A stretch of 64,000 bases of DNA from an uncultured delta proteobacterium. GTDB taxonomy: Bacteria > Myxococcota_A > Polyangia > Polyangiales > Polyangiaceae. The notes beneath the pieces were generated by a model, which was given only the letters and a program-made list of their open reading frames with translations, ran no database searches and was not told the origin of the DNA. The position numbers and the translations under genes were made by a program. Positions 1-9,130 of this stretch are shown in pieces; position 1 is the first letter of the stretch, and each line of letters starts with the position of its first letter. The stretch is from assembly GCA_963716725.1 (NCBI GenBank), contig CAVQUB010000005.1:256001-320000 (forward strand), given 5' to 3'.

Positions 1-782
1 TGGGCGCCAACCTCTTCGGGGTCGTCGTCGCGGCGCAGCAGAAGCAGTGGGCCGAGCTCGAGAAGATGGTGAACGAGCTCCAGCAGGCCGTGCAGAGGCT
101 GAAGTACGCCAAGGTCCCGGTGGTCGCGGCGCCCTTCGGCATGGCCGTGGGCGGCGGGCTCGAGGTCTGCCTGGGCGCGGACGCCATCCAAGCCGCGGCC
201 GAGACCTACGCGGGCCTGGTCGAGGTCGGCGTGGGCCTGATCCCGGCCGGCGGCGGGTGCCTCAACCTGGTGTGGCGGGCCCTCGAGGGCGTGTCCGAGG
301 GCGCCGACGTCATCGTGCAGTCGCTGGTCGCCGCGGTGTTCAAGAACATCGCCATGGCCAACGTCGCCACCAGCGCGCTGATGGCCCAGGAGCTCGGTTA
401 TTTCCGCAAGACCGACGGCATCAGCTTCGACAAGGCGCGGGTGGCGGGCGATGCCAAGGCGCGGGCCATCGGCATGGCCGAGTCGGGCTACCACGCTCCG
501 GTGCCCAAGAGCTACGTGCTGCCGGGCGAGAGCGGTATCGCGACCATCTCGATGCTGGTGGACACCCTGGTCGCCGGCGGCTTCGCCACGGAGTACGACG
601 GCGTCATCGCGCGCAAGCTCGCCCGCATCCTGTGCGGCGGCGCCGCGGGGGCGGCGGGACCGGTGTCCGAGCAACGCATGTTGGACCTCGAGCGGGAGAC
701 CTTCCTCGCGCTCTGCGGTGAGCAACGGACCCTCGACCGCATGCAGCACATGCTGATGAACAACAAGCCGCTCCGGAACTAG
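1..782 (+). CDS. fadN: 3-hydroxyacyl-CoA dehydrogenase/enoyl-CoA hydratase (FadN-type), 3' part; starts before the window
   Basis: Frame open from the window edge (GANLFGVV...). Crotonase motifs PVVAAPFGMAVGGGLEV and YAGLVEVGVGLIPAGGG; typical C-terminus RMQHMLMNNKPLRN. Confidence 0.9.
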   Translation, partial: GANLFGVVVAAQQKQWAELEKMVNELQQAVQRLKYAKVPVVAAPFGMAVGGGLEVCLGADAIQAAAETYAGLVEVGVGLIPAGGGCLNLVWRALEGVSEGADVIVQSLVAAVFKNIAMANVATSALMAQELGYFRKTDGISFDKARVAGDAKARAIGMAESGYHAPVPKSYVLPGESGIATISMLVDTLVAGGFATEYDGVIARKLARILCGGAAGAAGPVSEQRMLDLERETFLALCGEQRTLDRMQHMLMNNKPLRN

Positions 783-847
783 TGCCGCGCGGCAGAAGTT
801 TCGCTGGTTTCTTTTCCGTGTGCGTGTCGTCGGTGTAGTGGGGTGAC

Positions 848-2001
848 ATGATCGACTACAGCGCGTTCGCGGGTCGAGCGCACGGTGGTCGTCCGACGGT
901 TCCGCTCGCGCTGAGGGCTGAAGAGCGCGCGCGGATCGAGGAGGCGTTGCGACCCGCCAGGGCGGAGCAGCGGCTGGTTCGTCGGGCGCAGGCCGTGTTG
1001 ATGATGGCGGACGGAGTGCCTGCGACGGACACCGCCCGGCTCCTCGGGGTGCACGTGCGCACGGTGGACGACTGGCGCAAGCGCTTCGACTGCGCGGCAC
1101 CTAGCGAGAGACTGGCGGACGTCCCGCGCTCGGGACGGCCGCCCTCTCTCTCTCGGACAACGTAGCGGCTCGAGTAGAAGCAGAAGCGTGTCGACCGCCG
1201 AGCGACGTCGGCGTGCCCGTCACGCACTGGTCAGCGTCGTTGCTTGGCGTGCACGTTCGCGCGCAAGGAATTCAGATCAGCGACCGGTCGGTGGGCCGCA
1301 TACTCAAGGATGCTGACCTGCAACCGCATCGGCAACAAATGTACCTGACTTCGCACGACGACGAGTTCAGGGGGAAGCGCGACGACGTGCTGCGCGTCTA
1401 CTACGAGACGCCAAAGAAGGAGCACATCGTGTGCGTCGACGAGAAGACCGGCATCCAGGCGCTCGAACGCCGCTACGCTGACATTCCGATGGTGGCCGGA
1501 CAGCCCGTCCGCCGCGAATTCGAGTACGTCCGCCATGGCACGCTCTGCTGGATGGGAGCGCTCGATGTCCGCCGCGGCAAGCCGTTCGGCTTCATCTCGG
1601 ACGGGCACGACAGCGACACCTTCGTCGAGCTACTCGACGTCATCGAGGCGGTCTACCCGCCGGGTCGTGGCCACATCATCATGGACAATCTCTCCGCCCA
1701 CGACACGCCCGACGTGAACGAGTGGTTTGACGAGCACCCACGCTGGACGCGCCACTTCACGCCGAAGCACGCTTCGTGGCTCAACCAGATCGAGTGCTGG
1801 TTCTCGATCCTCACGCGCCAACTTCTCGCACGAGGCTCGTTCACGTCAACCGACGACCTCGCGGCGAGGATCGACGCGTACGTCGCGTGGTATCTGCAGA
1901 CCGACCGACCCTTTCGCTGGTCGTACCGCCCCAAGTCGTGGGCCGAACCCAGAAGAATCCCCTCACTTTCTGCGAAGAAAGTCGCGGCTGTTTCGGAGTG
2001 A
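848..2001 (+). CDS. IS630 transposase split over two frames (HTH 848-1165; DDE domain in the -1 frame to 2001)
   Basis: HTH part ends in ...LADVPRSGRPP. The -1 frame continues DNVAARVEAEACRPP...THWS, then VCVDEKTGIQALER, EYVRHGT, IIMDNLSAH and SWLNQIECWFS (DDE). The frame switch lies in a CT dinucleotide run at ~1144-1154. Confidence 0.92.
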
Positions 2002-2018
2002 GGCCCGACCACACGGGG

Positions 2019-2514
2019 ATGGCACAGGAAGGGCGAAAGCTCGGAAGATTTGGGGATGGGACGGACGAGGTGATCGGTGCGCTGATCGAGGTGCATCGGC
2101 ATCTCGGTCCAGGGCTGATGGAATCCGCATATGAGGCCTGTCTATCTGCCGAGCTGTCCGAACGACGGCTCAAGTTCGAGCGGCAGCGACCGCTACCAAT
2201 CCGCTACAAAGGCGCACACCTTGACTGCGCCTATCGCCTCGACCTGGTCGCTTCCAGATCGTATCCTCCTGGAGCTCAAGGCGGTCGAGCGGCTGCTCCC
2301 GATTTACGAAGCGCAGGTCATCACCTATCTGCGTCTTTCGCGGTTGCCCGTCGGCCTGCTCGTGAACTTCAACGTGACCGCGCTCAGAAATGGCCTGCGG
2401 AGGCTAACGCCTGACCACCCCAAATCCTTCCGCTCTTCCGCCCTTCCTGTGAGAGCCCAAATGAGCGCAGGTCTCAGGGGCGAATCCACTCGAACTTCGG
2501 CCGCGCGGCACTAG
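2019..2514 (+). CDS. GxxExxY protein (PD-(D/E)xK nuclease fold), frameshifted near 2250
   Basis: EVHRHLGPGLMESAYEACL, YRLDLV, then in the +1 frame ILLELKAVERLLPIYEAQVITYLRLS..GLLVNFN..GLRRL. The stop TAG coincides with the right IS end. Confidence 0.88.
2023..2451. repeat. 33/34-bp imperfect inverted repeat bracketing the GxxExxY core (arms 2023-2055 and 2418-2451)
   Basis: Arm 1 CACAGGAAGGGCGAAAGCTCGGAAG-ATTTGGGG versus reverse complement of arm 2 CACAGGAAGGGCGGAAGAGCGGAAGGATTTGGGG: 30/34 aligned positions identical. Confidence 0.9.
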
Positions 2515-2615
2515 GTCTCCGGGGGGGGCCCTCGCTCCGGCGGCCGCCGCCGGCGAAGCTGGCGATCGCCAGGGCGCTGGCGGTGCAAGTCTTTGGATTT
2601 GCGGTGTCTTGGTGT

Positions 2616-2631
2616 TGGCGCGCGTGTTGCT
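2616..2631 (+). promoter_or_regulatory. Putative sigma-54 (-24/-12) promoter
   Basis: TGGCGC-GCGTG-TTGCT has the GG-N10-GC spacing and lies just upstream of an AGGAGG RBS (2642-2647) and the ATG at 2655. Confidence 0.55.
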
Positions 2632-2654
2632 CCGCGCCGGCAGGAGGAAGACCA

Positions 2655-2993
2655 ATGACCCAGATCCAAGAGAGCGACCTCGAGATCCGCACCCAAGAGC
2701 GCCTCGCCCGCGACCCCCAGGCCCGTCGAGAGCTGCTCTGGCTGATGGCAATGCTCGACGACGATCAGCCGCGCGCTCGCGAGCTCGAGGGGCTCGACGC
2801 CGGCATCCGCCGCCGCCTCGCGCCGCTGGTTTCGAGGTGCTGGCACGCGCTGCACGCTCGCAACGACGGCTCGACGGCGGGCCGCGAACTCTACGCCCGT
2901 GCCTGGACCGAACGCTTCGCGCACCATGCCGCCCGCTATCGAGGGGTGCGGTGTGGCTGCGCCCAATGCCGCGAAGGAGCCGTGGGCGCGTGA
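2655..2993 (+). CDS. Small hypothetical protein with C-terminal CxCxxC motif
   Basis: AGGAGG RBS, GC-rich third codon positions, ends ...RCGCAQCREGAVGA. Confidence 0.6.
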   Translation: MTQIQESDLEIRTQERLARDPQARRELLWLMAMLDDDQPRARELEGLDAGIRRRLAPLVSRCWHALHARNDGSTAGRELYARAWTERFAHHAARYRGVRCGCAQCREGAVGA

Positions 2994-3046
2994 TGGCGCC
3001 TCGGGCGAGTGACGGCGCCTCGGGCGAGTGACGGCGCCTCGCGCGG
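2990..3046 (+). repeat. 19-bp tandem repeat x3 (GTGACGGCGCCTCGGGCGA)
   Basis: Units at 2990-3008, 3009-3027 and 3028-3046 with 1-2 mismatches. Confidence 0.9.
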
Positions 3047-3418
3047 TGCTGTATCGCGTTCCTCAACGCGCGCGACGCGAAGCTGAAGGCTTGCATCCAA
3101 CGCTCGAGCGCAGGCGACCTGCGGCTCTGTTCGGTGGTGAAGGCCGAGCCCCCGCCCGGCGCCCGCAACGGCTCGCGCGCTGCTGATAACCTCCGCTCGC
3201 TCGCTCAGTTCTTCGACGCCTTCGAGTCGTTGCCCTTCGATGACGAAGTCGCGGAAGCGTACGGCGTGCTCCGCACCAAGCTGCGGCGATCCGGGCGGCC
3301 CATCGGCGCGAACGACATGCTCATCGCGGCGATCGCGCTGGTGAATCGCGCCACCTTGGTGACTCGGGACGACGACGAGTTCCTGCGCGTGCCGGGGCTG
3401 CAAGTCGAGGTCTGGTAG
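3047..3418 (+). pseudogene. vapC: VapC/PIN toxin remnant lacking its N-terminus
   Basis: CIAFLN...LCSVVKAE...LPFDDEVAEAYG...GRPIGANDMLIAAIAL...LVTRDDDEFLRVPGLQVEVW. No start codon or LDTN motif: an in-frame TGA lies at 3029-3031, inside the tandem repeat. No vapB upstream. Confidence 0.8.
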
Positions 3419-3459
3419 CCCATCGGGGCCGGCTGGAGCGGCGAAGTCGCGAACGTGTT

Positions 3460-4023
3460 ATGCCCGCCCGCATGCTGGGGCGAAGCGGTCTGCTATTGGC
3501 GGTTCTGATCTGCGGCTGCGGCGGGGCCGGCGCGCCTGCCCCCGACCCGAAGACGCCGGACGAAATCGAGTCTCCGACGCCCCCGGGCGACGCGCCGCCC
3601 AGCTCCGAGTCGCCGAGCGAGGCGAAGGACCCGGACGCCACGCCACCGAAGGACGAAGCGCCCGCGGCCGCAGTCGAGCCCCTGAGCGCCCAAGATCTCG
3701 AGGCGGTCCTGCAGCAGCTGATGGATGACCCTGAAATGTCCGAGTACCTGAAGCTGAAGAAACCAGGTCGGTTGCCGCTCAGGGTCTCCGGCGAAGGCCT
3801 TCCCGCCAAGCTCTCGGTCATCATCGGATCGCACGACCTGAAGGTCGTCGGTGAGCCGAAGTCGAAGAAGGATCCGGTGCTCGTCTTCACCAAGATCGAG
3901 CGCGACGGCGAGTCGGTGCGCCTGCGCTACCGCTTCGACGCCGAGGCCATCACCGGCTCCGCGGTCATCCACCGCAAGGGTGGTACGTGGCGGCTTGGCG
4001 CGAACCGCGTGTTGGGTAAGTGA
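3460..4023 (+). CDS. Hypothetical lipoprotein with Pro-rich linker
   Basis: Hydrophobic signal ending ...VLICGC, then a P/S/E-rich linker and a small globular C-terminal domain. Confidence 0.7.
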   Translation: MPARMLGRSGLLLAVLICGCGGAGAPAPDPKTPDEIESPTPPGDAPPSSESPSEAKDPDATPPKDEAPAAAVEPLSAQDLEAVLQQLMDDPEMSEYLKLKKPGRLPLRVSGEGLPAKLSVIIGSHDLKVVGEPKSKKDPVLVFTKIERDGESVRLRYRFDAEAITGSAVIHRKGGTWRLGANRVLGK

Positions 4024-4097
4024 GCTCGCGCGGCGCTGGTGCCAGCGTGCCCGCCTCGCTTGCAGTTGGCACGAAAGCGGGTGAAGATCCCACGGCA

Positions 4098-4331
4098 ATG
4101 GATCGCGTCATCCGTGTCGTTTCCAGCTTCGCCGAAGCAGATGAGGCTGACCGCGAAGATCTCGCACGCTTGTCCCTCGAGGAGCGCATCTCACAAGTGG
4201 CCGAGCTGCGGAGGATATGGTTCGGTGAAAGTAAGATTCGCTCCCGATTGGTCCGAGTTCGTGACGTTGCTTCTGGCGCACCGGGTGCGGTTCGTCCTGG
4301 TCGGCGGGCACACGTTCGCCGGGCACGCTGA
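4098..4331 (+). CDS. Small helical protein paired with the downstream nucleotidyltransferase
   Basis: MDRVIRVVSSFAEADEADREDLARLSLEERISQVAELRRIW resembles the short ORFs that precede this nucleotidyltransferase family; it overlaps the next gene. Confidence 0.6.
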   Translation: MDRVIRVVSSFAEADEADREDLARLSLEERISQVAELRRIWFGESKIRSRLVRVRDVASGAPGAVRPGRRAHVRRAR

Positions 4332-4758
4332 GCCGCGACTGACCGAAGATCTCGACGTATTCGTCGACCCGACGCTGGCCAACGGAGCGCGTCTCAGGCG
4401 GGCCCTCGTGGAATTCGGGTTCGGGGACTCTGCCCCCTCGGCGGAAGCCCTCGCGGTGCCCGGAAAGATCTGGATGCTGGGGAGAAAGCCCTGGCGGATC
4501 GACGTGCTCACCGCGATCGACGGAGTGACGTTTCGCGAGGCGTGGCGGGGGCGTGTGCATGCCGACTTCGACGCTGGGGCGCTGCCCGTTCTCGGACTCG
4601 AGGAACTCATCCGAAACAAACGCGCGGCGGGCCGTCCGAAGGACCTCGCAGACGTTGCCAGGCTCGAGCAAGTGGTCGCGGATCGCCGCACGAGGCGCGC
4701 CGTGCGGCCGGAGAAGGCGCCCCGCGCGCGACCTGCTCGCTCCAAGAAGCGCAAGTGA
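4225..4758 (+). CDS. Nucleotidyltransferase (Pol-beta superfamily, DUF6036-like)
   Basis: GGAGGA RBS and GTG at 4225; motifs FVLVGG, PRLTEDLDVFV, RIDVL and NKRAAGRPKDLAD. Confidence 0.82.
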   Translation: MKVRFAPDWSEFVTLLLAHRVRFVLVGGHTFAGHAEPRLTEDLDVFVDPTLANGARLRRALVEFGFGDSAPSAEALAVPGKIWMLGRKPWRIDVLTAIDGVTFREAWRGRVHADFDAGALPVLGLEELIRNKRAAGRPKDLADVARLEQVVADRRTRRAVRPEKAPRARPARSKKRK

Positions 4759-4764
4759 CGCCGC

Positions 4765-6435
4765 TCACCTGAGCCCGACAATGCGGCCGTCGACCACGTC
4801 GATATTCTCCGACGCGGGGTGCTTGGGCAGGCCGGGCATGCGCATGATCTCGCCGGTGAGCGCCACCAAGAAGCCCGCGCCCGCGTTGATCTGAATATTG
4901 CGCACGGTCACGTCGAAATTCGTGGGGCGACCGCGCAAGCTCGGGTTGTCCGAGAGCGAGTTCTGGGTCTTGGCCATGCAGATCGGTAAGCCCGCGTAGC
5001 CGAGTCGTTCGACGTCCTCCAGATCGCGCTTGGCCGCCGCGGTGAGCTCGACGTCGTTCGCGCCGTAGATGCGCTGGCAGATGGTTCGGATCTTGTCCAC
5101 CACCGGAGAGCCCCAGTCGTAGAGCGGCTTGAAGGGCACTGGCGTGGCCTCCGCGTGCGCGATGAGCTTGCGCGCCAAATCGAGGGCGCCTTCGCCGCCG
5201 CGTGCGTGATGATCGGTGATCGCAAAGGGAATGCCCAGCTTCTCGCAGCAGCGCCGCACCACGGCCATCTCTTCGTCCGAGTCGCCGCCAAAGCGGTTCA
5301 GCGCGATCACCGGGGCTTCGCCGAAGCAGCGGATGTTCTCGATGTGCTTCTCGAGGTTCGGCAGGCCCGCTTCGACCGCTCGAGCGTCGGGCTTCGAGAG
5401 GTTGTCCTTGCTGACGCCGCCATGCATTTTCAGCGCGCGGATGGTGGCCACCAGCACCACCGCCGCCGTGTCGAGGCCCGCGCCGGCGCATTTGATGTCG
5501 AAGAATTTCTCAGCGCCGAGATCGAAGCCGAAGCCCGCCTCTGTCACCGCCCAATCCGAGAAATGCATCGCCATGCGCGTGGCCAAGACGCTGTTGCAGC
5601 CGTGGGCGATGTTGGCGAAAGGACCGCCGTGGACGAAGCAGGGGGTGCCTTCCAGGGTCTGCACCAGGTTGGGCATGAGGGCGTCCTTCAAGAGCGCGAG
5701 CACCGCGCCGGTCGCCTTCAAGTCCCCCGCCGTGACGGGCTTTCCCTCGAAGGTGAAGGCCACCAAGGTGCGATCGATGCGGCGCCGCAGATCGTCGTAG
5801 CCGTCGGCCAGGCACAGCATCGCCATGATCTCCGAAGCGGCGGTGATGTCGAAGCCCGTCTCGCGCGGCACGCCCTGCATCACGCCGCCGAGGCCGATGA
5901 TGATGTTGCGCAGCGCGCGCTCGTTCATATCGATGACGCGACGCCAGAGCACTCGGCGCGGGTTGATTTGCACGCCCGAGGTGAAGTGAATGTGGTTGTC
6001 GAGGACGGCAGCGAGCAGGTTGTGAGCGGCGGTGATGGCGTGGAAGTCGCCGGTGAAGTGCAGGTTGATTGAGTCCGCCGGCATCAACTGGCTGTAGCCG
6101 CCGCCGGTCGCACCTCCCTTGACGCCCATGCACGGCCCGAGGGAGGGCTCGCGCAGCGCGAGGCACACCGACTCGCCCAACTTCGACAGGGCCTGGCCCA
6201 GCCCGATGGTCGTCGTGGTCTTGCCCTCGCCCGCCGGAGTCGGAGTGATGGCGCTCACCAGCACCAGCTTCGACGGACGCGGGCGCTTGCGAGCCTCGGA
6301 GAGCACCGAGAGCTCGACCTTGGCCTTGTCACGGCCGTAGGGGATCAGGCGCTCGTGGGAGATCCCCAGCTGGTCGGCGATCTCCGAGATGGGGCGGGGC
6401 GTGAACGAGCGTGCAATCTCTGCGTCCGTCTTCAT
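4765..6435 (-). CDS. fhs: Formate--tetrahydrofolate ligase
   Basis: ITPTPAGEGKTTT, KGGATGGGYSQ, HGGPFANIAHGCNS, EAGFGFDLGAEKF, IMRMPGLP. Confidence 0.98.
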   Translation of the reverse strand: MKTDAEIARSFTPRPISEIADQLGISHERLIPYGRDKAKVELSVLSEARKRPRPSKLVLVSAITPTPAGEGKTTTTIGLGQALSKLGESVCLALREPSLGPCMGVKGGATGGGYSQLMPADSINLHFTGDFHAITAAHNLLAAVLDNHIHFTSGVQINPRRVLWRRVIDMNERALRNIIIGLGGVMQGVPRETGFDITAASEIMAMLCLADGYDDLRRRIDRTLVAFTFEGKPVTAGDLKATGAVLALLKDALMPNLVQTLEGTPCFVHGGPFANIAHGCNSVLATRMAMHFSDWAVTEAGFGFDLGAEKFFDIKCAGAGLDTAAVVLVATIRALKMHGGVSKDNLSKPDARAVEAGLPNLEKHIENIRCFGEAPVIALNRFGGDSDEEMAVVRRCCEKLGIPFAITDHHARGGEGALDLARKLIAHAEATPVPFKPLYDWGSPVVDKIRTICQRIYGANDVELTAAAKRDLEDVERLGYAGLPICMAKTQNSLSDNPSLRGRPTNFDVTVRNIQINAGAGFLVALTGEIMRMPGLPKHPASENIDVVDGRIVGLR

Positions 6436-6503
6436 GTCGCGATGATACCGCGCTTGCTCGCCGCGGGGCGCCAGCGTAAGCGACGGACTCGGAGGTTCGT
6501 CGC

Positions 6504-7667
<1,164 letters not shown>

Positions 7668-7736
7668 GCAGCTTGCGTGGCGCGTCGAAGCCGAAGGCCT
7701 GGCCTGGCGTCCAATGGCTGGCTATAGTTTGCATGC

Positions 7737-8318
7737 GTGACCGAACCGGCGAAGAAGCTCGCTACGTATCGAGACGTGCAGGCCGCACCGCCTCACATGA
7801 TCGCCGAGCTCATCGACGGGGAGTTGCGTCTTCAGCCCCGGCCGGCCAAACCCCACGCTGCTGCCGCAAGCGCGCTCGGTGAAGAGCTGGGCCCACCTTT
7901 CAAGCGCGGCCGTGGTGGACCTGGTGGTTGGGTGATCCTCGACGAGCCCGAGCTGCATTTGGCCGCGGACGTTCTCGTTCCCGATCTGGGAGGCTGGCGC
8001 GTCGAACGCTTGCCCGCGCTCATCGACGACGAGCCGTTCTTTACGCTGACTCCGGACTGGGTCTGTGCGGTGCTGAGCCCGCGCACCGCGAAGTACGATC
8101 GAACCGATAAACTGCGAATTTACGCTCGAGAGCAGGTCCCCTGGGTCTGGTTCGTCGATCCTCTGCAGCGAACGCTCGAAGTCCTGCGGCTCGAGGCGAG
8201 CAAGTGGACCGTGCTGGATACGTGGCGCGACGACGCCACGGTACGCGCCCGACCGTTCGATGCAATCGAGCTAGAACTCGCAGCCCTCTGGCATCGGGTC
8301 GTTCTCCGTGAGCCTTGA
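7737..8318 (+). CDS. Uma2 family (DUF820) endonuclease-like protein
   Basis: [46 protein letters not shown]. Confidence 0.92.
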   Translation: MTEPAKKLATYRDVQAAPPHMIAELIDGELRLQPRPAKPHAAAASALGEELGPPFKRGRGGPGGWVILDEPELHLAADVLVPDLGGWRVERLPALIDDEPFFTLTPDWVCAVLSPRTAKYDRTDKLRIYAREQVPWVWFVDPLQRTLEVLRLEASKWTVLDTWRDDATVRARPFDAIELELAALWHRVVLREP

Positions 8319-8484
8319 CCGGACGATGGGCGGAGCCGCTCGCCGGCTGCCGTCAGCCGACCCGTCTGAGCCAAGCCAGGAGCGCGCTGCGCATGGCCTG
8401 TCGAGGACCGCCGAGGGCGGCGAGTACCGGAAGCTGGACGAGACCCGAGGCGTGCGCCTGATGTGTCCGGGCACGTTCTGATCG

Positions 8485-9120
8485 TCACGGCTTTGGCAAG
8501 CCCGCGCCCGCGCGGATCTTCTCGACGTCGAGCTCGCGGACGTAGCGAATCAGGTTCTGCCAGATGGTGTGGAACCCGAAATCGCCTTGGGTCATCTCGG
8601 CGATGGCGTCCTCCTTGCTCCAGCCCTGGATCACGATCCGGTAGGCCGCGGTCATGGTTCCGGTGCGATCCGCCCCGTGCTGACAGTGCACGAAGACCGG
8701 CTGCTTTTCGGGACTGGTGACGATCTTCAGGAAGCGGACCACGTCTTCGTCCTCGGCGTGCCAGGCCTTGGCGCTGATGTGCTCGTAGCCGAGCGGGAGC
8801 TTTCCGATCTCGTCGCGATCGCTGTGCAGCGCGCGCAGGTTGACCACGGTGCGGACCCCCATGCTCACCAGCTCCGCCATGCCTTCCGCCGTGGGCTGCG
8901 CGCCTCGGTAGTAGGTCGCGTCGACCTGGTGCAGGTTCGGCAGGCCGGGTCGTTCGAGGCGCCGCGCCCAGGTCGCGGGGCGCGTGGCAGGCGCCGCCGC
9001 GCGCGCCGACGAGGCCGGCGGGACGCTCTGTGGCGCCGGACGCGCCTCGGGGGCAGGCGAGCAGGCGACCGCGACCAGCAGCCAAGAGCCGCGGAGCCCA
9101 GCGCGCGAGCGGCCCGCCAT
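8485..9120 (-). CDS. Exported dual-specificity/tyrosine phosphatase (Siw14/PFA-DSP-like) lipoprotein
   Basis: Lipobox VAVAC; YRGAQP, VVNLR, P-loop VHCQHGADRTG. Confidence 0.88.
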   Translation of the reverse strand: MAGRSRAGLRGSWLLVAVACSPAPEARPAPQSVPPASSARAAAPATRPATWARRLERPGLPNLHQVDATYYRGAQPTAEGMAELVSMGVRTVVNLRALHSDRDEIGKLPLGYEHISAKAWHAEDEDVVRFLKIVTSPEKQPVFVHCQHGADRTGTMTAAYRIVIQGWSKEDAIAEMTQGDFGFHTIWQNLIRYVRELDVEKIRAGAGLPKP

Positions 9121-9130
9121 CCGAGCGATC

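Larger units (their letters stand above)
782..2511 (+). mobile_element. IS630-family insertion sequence carrying a GxxExxY passenger
   Basis: Left end CTAGTGCCGCGCGGCAGAAGTT (779-800) matches the reverse complement of the right end, CTAGTGCCGCGCGGCCGAAGTT (2493-2514), at 21/22 positions. TA at 780-781 and 2512-2513 fits the IS630 TA target duplication. An IS630 transposase lies inside. Confidence 0.92.

Noticed and set aside
2990..3046. Mini-CRISPR or iteron array
   Set aside because: Only three contiguous 19-bp units, with no spacers and no rep or cas gene.
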